DNA of 64,000 nt from NCBI GenBank assembly GCA_045430295.1, contig JAILXX010000003.1, positions 213,383 through 277,382 on the forward strand. The letters run 5' to 3'. A model generated the notes under the pieces. It did not search any database, was not told where the DNA came from, and was given only the letters and a program-made list of their open reading frames with translations. The translations under genes and the position numbers were made by a program. Origin of the DNA: Cellvibrionaceae bacterium. Its GTDB lineage: Bacteria; Pseudomonadota; Gammaproteobacteria; Pseudomonadales; JAILXX01. The stretch's first letter is position 1; the number at the start of each line of letters is the position of its first letter. This document shows positions 37,846 through 48,100 of this stretch, piece after piece.

Positions 37846-37883
37846 TTGTGATTGGAAAAATGCTTTGGGGGTAATGCTTAATC

Positions 37884-38795
37884 TTAATGAGAGTTTAGAA
37901 GCAAAAACTCCATCAAAGCTTTTTGGGCATGGAGGCGGTTTTCGGCTTCGTCCCATACGACAGATGATGGGTGATCGAGAATGTCATCACTGATTTCCAT
38001 ACCGCGATAGGCCGGTAAGCAGTGCATAAAGAGCGCCCCTTCATTGGCTTTCTTCATCATGGCGTCGTTTACTTGGTATCCCGTGAAATCTTTTTCTCGT
38101 TGTTTTTTCTCTTCTTCCTGTCCCATGGAAGCCCAGGTGTCCGTTACCACAAGGTCAACGCCAGTCACCGCTTCTTCTGGGTTGGTGGTTAGATGCAGTC
38201 GATCTTTGTTGGTTTCGACTAGCTCAGCGTTGGGTTCATAACCTTTCGGGGTAGCGATACGCAGTTGGAAACCGAACTGGCGTGCGGCATTGATGTAGGA
38301 GTGGCACATGTTGTTGCCGTCGCCCACCCAGGCCACCGTTTTTCCTGCGATGCTACCGCGGTGCTCTACAAAAGTTTGCACGTCTGCCAGCAATTGACAG
38401 GGATGATAGTCATCGGTGAGTGCATTGATCACGGGCACGCTGGAATACTCTGCAAACTTTTCGATTTTAGAGTGCTCAAAGGTGCGGATCATGACGATAT
38501 CTACCATGCTGGAGATCACCCGAGCGGAGTCTTCAATAGGCTCGCCCCGGCCCAGCTGGGTATCGTTAGGGGATAAAAACAGCGCAGAGCCACCCAGTTG
38601 TGTCATTCCGGCTTCAAAAGAGACGCGCGTTCGGGTGGATGATTTTTCAAAAATCATTGCCAAGGTTTTCCCGGTGAAGGGACTTGGTCCCCGCTCTTCT
38701 TTGTGTAGTTTTTTCATCTCGATTGCACGGGCGATAATTTGGCTCAGCTCTTCCGGGGTGCAATCTAACAGCGTTAAAAAATGTCTAGTGCTCAT
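37884..38795 (-). CDS. argF: ornithine carbamoyltransferase (anabolic)
   Basis: The 303-aa ORF has the motifs SSTRTR, FEHSK-type, HPCQ and HCLPA. Confidence 0.9.
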   Translation of the reverse strand: MSTRHFLTLLDCTPEELSQIIARAIEMKKLHKEERGPSPFTGKTLAMIFEKSSTRTRVSFEAGMTQLGGSALFLSPNDTQLGRGEPIEDSARVISSMVDIVMIRTFEHSKIEKFAEYSSVPVINALTDDYHPCQLLADVQTFVEHRGSIAGKTVAWVGDGNNMCHSYINAARQFGFQLRIATPKGYEPNAELVETNKDRLHLTTNPEEAVTGVDLVVTDTWASMGQEEEKKQREKDFTGYQVNDAMMKKANEGALFMHCLPAYRGMEISDDILDHPSSVVWDEAENRLHAQKALMEFLLLNSH

Positions 38796-38836
38796 AATGT
38801 GTACTCTTCTTTTGTCGCAACAACTGTCGCTACAAC

Positions 38837-40033
38837 CTATGCGGCAACAAAATCCTTGATCAGTTGGCTGATGCTTTCAATGATTTCATCAGCTTGTTCG
38901 TCGCTCAAAATAAACGGCGGTAGCAGGCGAACGACATTTCCTGCAGTGACATTAATCAAAAAGCCTTTTTCAGCGGCCTGATTCACCAATTCGGTACAGG
39001 GGCGATCCAGTTCAATACCAATCATTAAGCCCTGGTGGCGAATGTTGGTAATGGCTTCACTGTCCGCAAGCTGTTGCTCAAAACCGTCTTGAAAACGGTT
39101 CCCCAGTTCGGCGCTACGGTTAACCAAATTTTGATCTTCAAGGGTTTGATAGACCGCTGAAATTGCCGCACAAGCCACGGGGTTGCCGCCATAGGTGGAG
39201 CCATGCATACCGGGTTGAAACAATTCCGCAGCTGCGCCAGTGGCAAGGCAAGCCCCAATAGGCATGCCGTTACCCAGGCCTTTGGCTGTGGTCATTACAT
39301 CGGGCTTTGCGCCACTGTGTTGCCAGGCGAACCACTCGCCGGTTCGGCCGTTGCCTGTTTGAATCTCATCTAGCATCAATAGCCAGTTGTGTTTGTCACA
39401 GAGGGTTCGTAAAGCGGGAAGGTAATCTGCTGTGGGGATATGAACGCCACCTTCACCTTGAACGGGCTCTACCAAAACAGCGCAGATATTGGCGTTTTCC
39501 GTGGCAAGCTTTTCTACAGCTTCGATATCATCAAAGGGAACCCGCACAAAGCCGTCTAGTAAAGGTTCAAATCCTTGCTTGGCTTTAGGGTTGCCGGTGG
39601 CTGTCAGGGTGGCCATGGTACGTCCGTGGAAAGCATTTTCCATCACGACGATCGTTGGTGTTGCTTTGCCTTGTTGATTACCCCACAGACGTGCCAGTTT
39701 GATAGCTGCTTCGTTAGCTTCAGCCCCTGAATTGCTAAAAAAGACTTTATCCATCTGCGCTTTTTCGCAGAGTACGTCACCGGCTTGCTGTTGAGTCGGT
39801 AAATTGTACAAATTGGAGGTATGAAGCAGAGTTGCAGCTTGTTCTTGCACGGCTGCTGTAACCGCGGGGTGGCAGTGACCAAGGCCACAGACAGCAATCC
39901 CCGTCAGAGCATCCAAGTAACGTCGGCCCTCTTGATCCCACAGGTAAGCGCCTTCACCTTTTGTCATGGTGATAGGCCGAGTGCCATAGGTATTCATCAA
40001 GTGTGAGCCGGGTGTTCCTGGTTTGCTGTTCAT
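38837..40033 (-). CDS. argD: acetylornithine (or succinylornithine) aminotransferase
   Basis: The 398-aa class III aminotransferase has [27 protein letters not shown] and TTAKGLGNG (PLP lysine). It is adjacent to argF. Confidence 0.85.
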   Translation of the reverse strand: MNSKPGTPGSHLMNTYGTRPITMTKGEGAYLWDQEGRRYLDALTGIAVCGLGHCHPAVTAAVQEQAATLLHTSNLYNLPTQQQAGDVLCEKAQMDKVFFSNSGAEANEAAIKLARLWGNQQGKATPTIVVMENAFHGRTMATLTATGNPKAKQGFEPLLDGFVRVPFDDIEAVEKLATENANICAVLVEPVQGEGGVHIPTADYLPALRTLCDKHNWLLMLDEIQTGNGRTGEWFAWQHSGAKPDVMTTAKGLGNGMPIGACLATGAAAELFQPGMHGSTYGGNPVACAAISAVYQTLEDQNLVNRSAELGNRFQDGFEQQLADSEAITNIRHQGLMIGIELDRPCTELVNQAAEKGFLINVTAGNVVRLLPPFILSDEQADEIIESISQLIKDFVAA

Positions 40034-40074
40034 GATCCTGTCTTCTTTACAGTTAAGGTTTTGTTTTCTCCCCT

Positions 40075-40144
40075 AAACAAAACAGGCAGCGCTGGGCTGC
40101 CTGTGGGGGAAGAACGATTCTAGCATAGCCGGGTTTTGCGGCAA
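40075..40144 (-). promoter_or_regulatory. putative argD promoter followed by a terminator-like leader hairpin
   Basis: On the minus strand: TTGCCG (40144-40139), a 16-nt spacer, then TGcTAGAAT (40125-40117). This is followed by ACAGGCAGC-ccagc-GCTGCCTGT (40104-40082) and TTTGTTT, about 40 nt before the argD ATG. Confidence 0.4.
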
Positions 40145-40391
40145 GCATTTCGGTGGCCCTGGCTAAAATTTTTACAATTTTATTTTGAAGCAATATCGGG
40201 GGGATTGGTCTGTTTTGATTGGTCCTGTGCAGGGGAGACAACTTTTTGTGGTTTATCTCCCAAAGGCTTCATTTTTAAGGCTTTTTTTCAGTTTGTGAGC
40301 TTGCCCTTAGTGCTTGCCGTTGCTAGAGTGACGAAATTCTTTGCACAACCTTTACCAGTAATAAATAAGAAGCGGTAAAAGGGCTCTCTAG

Positions 40392-41477
<1,086 letters not shown>

Positions 41478-41636
41478 TAGATCTTCTAAATAGGCCAGGC
41501 AAACTGGCCAAACTCAACTAGATTTAATGGATGCACTGACATCGTTATTCAGCAGACAAAGATCTAATTTACAACTTATCCGAGACACAACAAAGGGGAT
41601 ACCGCCATCAAGTCCCTATTTCGCCAAGGTACTTCG

Positions 41637-42503
41637 TTGACAACACAGTTACTCGCTTTATTGGCGATAACTGTGTTGTTGGTTTTGGTGGATCGCTACA
41701 CCCCCCTTCTTAAACCCGTTCGCACAGTCGTGGGCACTTTAATCGCTCCCATTTATTGGATCTCTGATACTCCCAGCCAAGTGGGTGACTGGTTTGGCGA
41801 AAACTGGGTATCTCGTGATGAGTTACAGGAAGAAAATGCGGCTCTCAAAGCCGAGCTTCTCATTTATAAGCGGAAGTTACAGCGTATGGCAACTCTGGCT
41901 GCAGAGAATGTACGGATGCGTGAATTGCTGGGGTCTGCAGAGCGCGTGGAACGGGATGTTTTGGTTGGCGAGCTGATTGGAGTCTCTCCTGACCCCTACA
42001 CTCATAAAGTAATTGTGAACAAAGGCACTAAAGATGGCGCTGCCTTGGGCCAATCTGTATTAGATGCGGAAGGGCTTGTGGGCCAGGTTGTGGCGGTAAC
42101 AGCGGTAACCAGTGAAGTGTTATTGATTACGGATAAAACACACGCTATTCCTGTGCAGGTTAATCGCAACGGTGTTCGCGCTATTGTTGAAGGTTCAGGT
42201 GAGTTACTGAGATTACGGCTTAGACACCTTTCCCCTACAACGGATATTCGCCCTGGTGATTTATTGGTGAGTTCTGGTCTGGGAGGGCGTTTTCCTGTGG
42301 GTTATCCAGTGGCTGAAGTTTCTTCCGTGGTGATTGATCCCGGTCAGGCCTTTGCGGAAGTAGAGGCAATTCCTAAAGCGCACCTAAATCGCAGTCGGCA
42401 TCTTTTACTGGTACTGGAGCCAGAACTGCAAGAGCGACCGGGATTAAAAGCTCAGTCTGACTCAAAGACTGAAACCTCCAACCCTAAGAGCGGTGAGGGG
42501 TAG
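41637..42503 (+). CDS. mreC: rod-shape-determining protein MreC (start uncertain; see finding)
   Basis: It follows mreB and has a TM helix, a coiled coil (ENAALKAELL..ENVRMRELLG) and beta-barrel domains. TTG at 41637 is the first canonical start. The conserved N-terminus continues in frame back to ATC at 41607. Confidence 0.85.
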   Translation: MTTQLLALLAITVLLVLVDRYTPLLKPVRTVVGTLIAPIYWISDTPSQVGDWFGENWVSRDELQEENAALKAELLIYKRKLQRMATLAAENVRMRELLGSAERVERDVLVGELIGVSPDPYTHKVIVNKGTKDGAALGQSVLDAEGLVGQVVAVTAVTSEVLLITDKTHAIPVQVNRNGVRAIVEGSGELLRLRLRHLSPTTDIRPGDLLVSSGLGGRFPVGYPVAEVSSVVIDPGQAFAEVEAIPKAHLNRSRHLLLVLEPELQERPGLKAQSDSKTETSNPKSGEG

Positions 42504-42506
42504 GCG

Positions 42507-42992
42507 GTGTTGGTGCAAGGTCGCAATCACTGGTTTGTATACCTCACACTTTTTTTAGCCTTTTTATTGTCTGCCTGGCCTTTACCTATTGATTGGCTTC
42601 CTTGGCGCGCCCCATTTCTCGCCTTAGTGATCATCTATTGGTTACTGTATTTGCCCCAGCACTTTGGAATGATTTTCGTATTCGTTATGGGCTTGTTGCT
42701 CGATGTGTTGCAAGGCACTCCTTTGGGGGTTAATGCCATGGGGTTGAGTTTAGTAGGCTATGGGGTGTTGAGTACCCAGCAGCGTTTAAAACAGTTTGCA
42801 CTGGTGCAGCAAAGCGCTGTGGTTTTTATGTTGTTGGGAACCCAAGCCATGGTGGTGAGTTGGATGCAGGCGCTTGTGGGCTATTCTAGTAATGCTAACT
42901 TAATGCTGATTGGTGGTATTTGGGGGGCACTGCTTTGGCCTTTGGTTCGCCGGTATATGCGCCGTTTGAGTTGGTATTTTCGTGTTGAGTAG
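42507..42992 (+). CDS. mreD: rod-shape-determining protein MreD
   Basis: The 161-aa polytopic membrane protein has a GTG start 4 nt after the mreC stop. Confidence 0.85.
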   Translation: MLVQGRNHWFVYLTLFLAFLLSAWPLPIDWLPWRAPFLALVIIYWLLYLPQHFGMIFVFVMGLLLDVLQGTPLGVNAMGLSLVGYGVLSTQQRLKQFALVQQSAVVFMLLGTQAMVVSWMQALVGYSSNANLMLIGGIWGALLWPLVRRYMRRLSWYFRVE

Positions 42993-43045
42993 AGCGCGGC
43001 CGAAGAATGATTAAAGAGTGATGCAAAAAGAGCGATATAAGCACG

Positions 43046-43645
43046 ATGAACTCCGCCCCCACTTTAATACTAGCTTCGCGGTCTCCACGTCGCAGTGAAC
43101 TGTTACAGCAGATTGGCGTCCACTTTACTGTGATGCCTTCTGCGGTTGAAGAGTTGCGCCTGGATGGGGAAGAGCCAGAGGCTTATGTATCACGTCTCTC
43201 TCGGGAAAAAGCCCAGGATGTTTGGGAAAAGTCTGGGGGAGAAGCCCCTGTATTGGGTGCGGATACGATCGTGGTTTGTGATGACGTAATCTTAGAAAAA
43301 CCTGCCAATGAAACCGAGGCGGTGGCAATGTTATTGCGACTGTCTAATCGAAAACACCAGGTTATGACAGCCGTGAGCCTTGTTTCTAGCGTAGGTGTTG
43401 AGACAAGTATTGAGACAAAAGTGTCTACAACGGATGTGGTTTTTCGGGCTATTTCCGAAGATGACGCCCAAGAGTATTGGTTGACCGGTGAGCCTCGCGA
43501 TAAAGCCGGTGGCTATGGTATTCAGGGGTTGGGTGCTGTATTTGTTCAGTCGATTAGTGGCAGTTATTCCAATGTGGTGGGTTTGCCGTTGGAAATTTTG
43601 CCAGAATTATTTTCACAACATGGGATTCACTGGTGGCAAACTTAG
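43046..43645 (+). CDS. maf: Maf-like nucleoside triphosphate pyrophosphatase
   Basis: The 199-aa ORF has LILASRSPRRSELL, GADTIV and KAGGYGIQG. Confidence 0.9.
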   Translation: MNSAPTLILASRSPRRSELLQQIGVHFTVMPSAVEELRLDGEEPEAYVSRLSREKAQDVWEKSGGEAPVLGADTIVVCDDVILEKPANETEAVAMLLRLSNRKHQVMTAVSLVSSVGVETSIETKVSTTDVVFRAISEDDAQEYWLTGEPRDKAGGYGIQGLGAVFVQSISGSYSNVVGLPLEILPELFSQHGIHWWQT

Positions 43646-43666
43646 TGAAACTAAATAGGACGTAGT

Positions 43667-45148
43667 GTGAGCGAAGAATTATTGATTAACCATGCTCCGA
43701 CAGAAACTCGGGTAGCGTTGGTAGAAAACGGTGTGCTTCAAGAAGTCTATGTGGAACGCAGTAAAAACCGTGGCATTGTTGGCAATATTTACAAAGGTAA
43801 GGTCGTAAGGGTACTGCCGGGAATGCAGGCGGCGTTTGTGGATATTGGTTTGGAGCGTGCGGGCTTTATTCACGCCCAAGATATTGCGCCGTTAGATGAA
43901 AATGGCATGGAGAAGCGAGAAAACAAAGTTGCGGATATTCGTAACTTGGCACGAGAAGGTGAACCCATTGTCGTTCAGGTAGTGAAAGATCCTATTGGTA
44001 CGAAGGGGGCTCGCTTAACCACTCATTTGTCGGTTTCTTCTCGCAACTTGGTGTATATGCCACAAACTGATCACATTGGTGTTTCACAGCGTATTGAAGG
44101 TGAAGCCGAGCGTGAGCGGATGAAGGAGTTAATGGCGAAGTTATCCCAAAACGAAGAAGTGCAGAATATGGAAGGCGGCTTTATTGTGCGAACAGTGGCC
44201 GAAGGGGCTAGTGAGGAAGAGCTTGCTAGCGATATTCCTTTTTTACATCGTTTGTGGGCCGCCTTGCAGCGCCGTATGGAAAAGAATCAACCTCCAGCGC
44301 TTATTTATGAAGACTTACCTCTGTATCTGAGAACCATGCGAGACATTGTGCGAAGCAGTGTGGAAAAAATTCGGGTTGATTCTCGAGAAGCGTTTGCCCA
44401 TTTAAAAGAATTTTCAGAAGAGTTTTGTCCTGATGTGGTTGGGTGTATCGAGCATTACCCTGGTGAGCGTCCTTTGTTCGACCTGTACAGTGTGGAAGAT
44501 GAAATTCAAAAAGCACTGGGTAATCGAGTGGATTTGAAAAGTGGCGGTTATCTCATTATTGAGCAAACGGAAGCCATGAGCACCATTGATGTGAACACTG
44601 GCGCCTTTGTGGGTAATCGCAATTTAGAAGAGACTATTTTTAAAACCAATTTGGAAGCAGCGACTGCCATTGCACGGCAGTTGCGATTACGTAATTTGGG
44701 CGGAATTATTATTCTCGATTTCATTGATATGCGAGAAGAAGAACATCGTCGCCAGGTTTTACGAACTTTGGAAAAAGCCATGGAAAAAGACCGTGTTAAA
44801 ATCACGGTAACCGGTGTATCTGAGTTGGGTCTTGTGGAAATGACTCGAAAACGTACTCGAGAATCGCTGGGGCAAATGCTTACAGAGACGTGCTCGGTAT
44901 GCCAGGGAAGAGGTGCTCAGAAAACACCGGAGACGGTTTGCTACGAAATTTTCCGAGAAATTTTACGTGAAGCTCGCGCTTATGATTCCAGTGAAATTTT
45001 AGTGTTGGCTTCCCAAGTGGTCATCGATCGGTTACTGGATGAAGAATCAGCCAATGTGGCTGACTTAGAAGAGTTTATCCGTCGACCAATCCAATTCCAG
45101 GTAGAAAACCTATATCACCAAGAGCAGTACGATATTGTTCTTAGCTAG
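43667..45148 (+). CDS. rng: ribonuclease G
   Basis: The 493-aa ORF has a GTG start, an S1 domain (GNIYKGKVVRVLPGMQAAFVDIG) and an RNase E/G catalytic core (IDVNTG, IIILDFIDM). Confidence 0.9.
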   Translation: MSEELLINHAPTETRVALVENGVLQEVYVERSKNRGIVGNIYKGKVVRVLPGMQAAFVDIGLERAGFIHAQDIAPLDENGMEKRENKVADIRNLAREGEPIVVQVVKDPIGTKGARLTTHLSVSSRNLVYMPQTDHIGVSQRIEGEAERERMKELMAKLSQNEEVQNMEGGFIVRTVAEGASEEELASDIPFLHRLWAALQRRMEKNQPPALIYEDLPLYLRTMRDIVRSSVEKIRVDSREAFAHLKEFSEEFCPDVVGCIEHYPGERPLFDLYSVEDEIQKALGNRVDLKSGGYLIIEQTEAMSTIDVNTGAFVGNRNLEETIFKTNLEAATAIARQLRLRNLGGIIILDFIDMREEEHRRQVLRTLEKAMEKDRVKITVTGVSELGLVEMTRKRTRESLGQMLTETCSVCQGRGAQKTPETVCYEIFREILREARAYDSSEILVLASQVVIDRLLDEESANVADLEEFIRRPIQFQVENLYHQEQYDIVLS

Positions 45149-45178
45149 TCTCTGTTGATTGATTAGGTATACCACATC

Positions 45179-48100
45179 GTGAATCTTTCTCGCCGCTTTT
45201 TATCCTTACTTAGTCGCTTTGTATGGCAGCTAACGGTGGTGTTTTTCATTGTGGTAGCTGTGGTTGTCGCGCTAGGGCGGGAGCTTGCGCCTTTGGCAGA
45301 CAGTTATCGCCCTACCATTCTTTCAATCGTCAATGAAATTATTGGGGTGCCGCTTGATGCCCATCAGGTGGGGGTGCGTTGGAAGGGAATTATCCCGGCG
45401 ATTGAAGTAAAAAATGCAACGGTTTTAGGTTTGGACGGCGAGCGTTCTTTAACGCTTGGTCAGCTTGTTGTCGATATTAATCCTTGGCTTAGCCTCTGGC
45501 ATTGGAAACCTGTGCTCTACCGCTTGCAGATTATTGAGCCGCAAGTGTATTTGGAGAAAGATGATAATAAGCAATGGCAACTTTCCGGTATTCCACGTAA
45601 GGCTGAAGGCAATAAAGTCTCTTTGAAATCTGTCATGGATGCCATGCTCTACAGCCATCTGGTGGAGCTTCGTGATGCTCACTTTGTTTTTCAGTCGAAA
45701 TCGGGAGTGAGTCGGCGCGTATTCACGCCGCGAATTGGCATCGATAATATGAAAAATTTTCACCGCTTAACGGCGGTGGTGGGTTTTGAACAAGCGGGTA
45801 GTGTAGAAGTCCTGTTGGAAGGGCGAGGCGATCATAATCGTGAAGGCGGGATGGCGCTTTCAGGTTATTTCAAAAGTGAAAGCCTCGATGTTGCTGTGCT
45901 CTCTCGTATGCTGGGTTATGAGTGGCACTCTGAGCGTTCATCTATCATTGATTTATCTCTTTGGATGGAATCACCTAACAGCAACGAGATTGAAATTAAA
46001 GGGCAAGTGAATCTAGATCACTTTTCTGGGGTGAAGGATAAGTTAGGAAGGCAGATTATTCCGGCTTTGAATAGTTTTTCTGCGCAGCTCAATGGTCTTG
46101 GGCGTTATGAAGAAGGCTGGCGAATTTCACTTAATAATATTGCCGGTGATCTAGGGGGCGAAGCATTTCCTGTAGATCAGTTGGCCTTTAGGGGGTCTTG
46201 GGGCGGGTTGTTGATGTCCGATACTACCTCTTATGAGAAAAAAGGCCAGAAACCGGAAGTCAGTATTGGCTTTGGTGATTTTCAGGCTTCAGATATCCTG
46301 AGTATGAAGCTGTTTAAAAACTTTTTGCCAGAAAAAACGCAGAAAATCCTTCAGGAAATGTCACCAGATGCCCAAGTCGCTAATGCTTGGGTTGACGTGT
46401 TTGATGATTCCGAATCTCCTATTTTCTTTCGAGGTAACTTTTTTAATGCTGAAGTAAAGCCTTGGAAGGGTGTTCCTCAAGTGGCTCGCAGTCACGGTTA
46501 TTTTGAAGTTGAGAAACTAACGGGCCGTGTAGTTTTAAACTCCCAAGACGGTTTCGATATTACTTTTCCCAAAATATTTGATTCTTCTTCAGGTTACTCG
46601 GAGGTTAATGGCGAGTTGCGATGGAGCATTTATCCGGAAGAAAACTATTTTACGCTCTATAGTGGCCCGGTAACGCTCAAAGGAGAGGCAGGCATCATAG
46701 CGGGTGATTTTGCCTTATATGAAGCTATTAATCGGAAAGTCGAAGGAGCCGTGGGTTCAGATTTGTTTTTAAACTTGGGATTAACACAAGGAAAATCTGA
46801 ACATTTGGAGACGTTTTTACCGAAGCAGATTAAACCAGAATTAAAGCAATGGCTTCTCTCTGCTATTAAAGGTGGTGAAGTCACTAATGGTAGCGTGATC
46901 TATCGAGGAAGTGTGCGTAAGGATGCTTCTGAGGGTTTAAGGACCTTGCAGTTGGGCTTTGATGTAGATAAGGCTGAATTGGATTTTCATCCTGAGTGGC
47001 CTTTCCTAGAATCACTTAATGGGCAGGTGCTTGTAGATGGAAGGCATTTTTCAGGATTGGTAGAGCGGGCTGGCTTTAAAGGTTCTCTCTTAGAAAATGT
47101 GAGATTTCAGTCCAGGGGGGATCTTGCAGTGACTACCTTGAATGTGCAAGGAAAGGCTATCTCAACGGTACCGGATAGCATATCTTTACTTAATGAAACA
47201 CCGCTCCAAAAGGCGGTAGGCAATGTCTTTAGAGGCTGGAGTGGTGAAGGTGCATTAAAAGCGGTTTTGGATTTACAAATTCCTCTCTATAAGGACGCAA
47301 AGCCTGACGATTATCGACAAAAGGTAGCGATAGCATTTTCAGATGCGAACCTTGATTTAACGGAACAAAATATTCAGTTTGATCGATTGCGGGGTTCGCT
47401 TCAGTTCGATAGTAAAGACGGTCTGTCTAGCCCTTGGCTTAAAGCCAGCTTGTGGGGCTCCGACGTTGAGGCGACGGTAACCCATGATGATAAACACTTT
47501 GCATTATTGAAGGCGAATACCCAGCTTTCAGTAGACATGATAAATCAATGGTTAAAACAGCCTCTGTTGAGCTTTTATCAAGGTCAGAGTCAGTTTGAAA
47601 CACGCCTTGTGATACCTAGAAGAAATTCTTCTAAAGATACCCCTTATCCTGAACTGCTTATTAGCTCTAATTTAGAAGGTGTAGAGTCTAATTTACCTAT
47701 GCCTTTTCAGAAAGAAGTAAGTAGCAAAAGTGATTTGTTAATTTCAGTTCCTTTGTCAGACGGGGTTAAAGAAGATCAAGGTTCTCGTTCAATTAAGTTG
47801 ACGCTTGATAATAGTGCCGAAAGCCTTCTGTATTTTCGTAAGAATAAATTTATTGGAGCTCATGTTTCTCTGGGTGATGCGGGTTTACCTTCGTTAACCA
47901 GTCGAAACTTGATTGCAGTTAATGCGGATCTAGATCGTCTAGATTTTCTTCAGTGGAAAGCATTTTTAGATCAGTATGCGGGAAAAGAAGCAGAAAAGTA
48001 TGGCGCTGATTCTTTAGTGGGAACTACAGGAGATTCTTCTTCAATGGATTGGTTGATCAATGCAAAACTAAAACAGTTTGTATTGAAGGACTTTGTGATT

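Noticed and set aside
37040-37883. Chromosomal replication origin (oriC) as the explanation for the DnaA boxes
   Set aside because: I kept this only as a minor alternative. I saw no cluster of GATC sites and no repeated AT-rich 13-mers. No dnaA, dnaN, rpmH, mnmG or mioC lies nearby. Gene orientation does not switch around this point, since plus-strand genes occur on both sides.
40053-40378. Two small ORFs (62 and 80 aa) between argD and mreB
   Set aside because: They overlap each other on opposite strands and cover the predicted argD promoter and leader hairpin. There are no SDs and no recognisable motifs.
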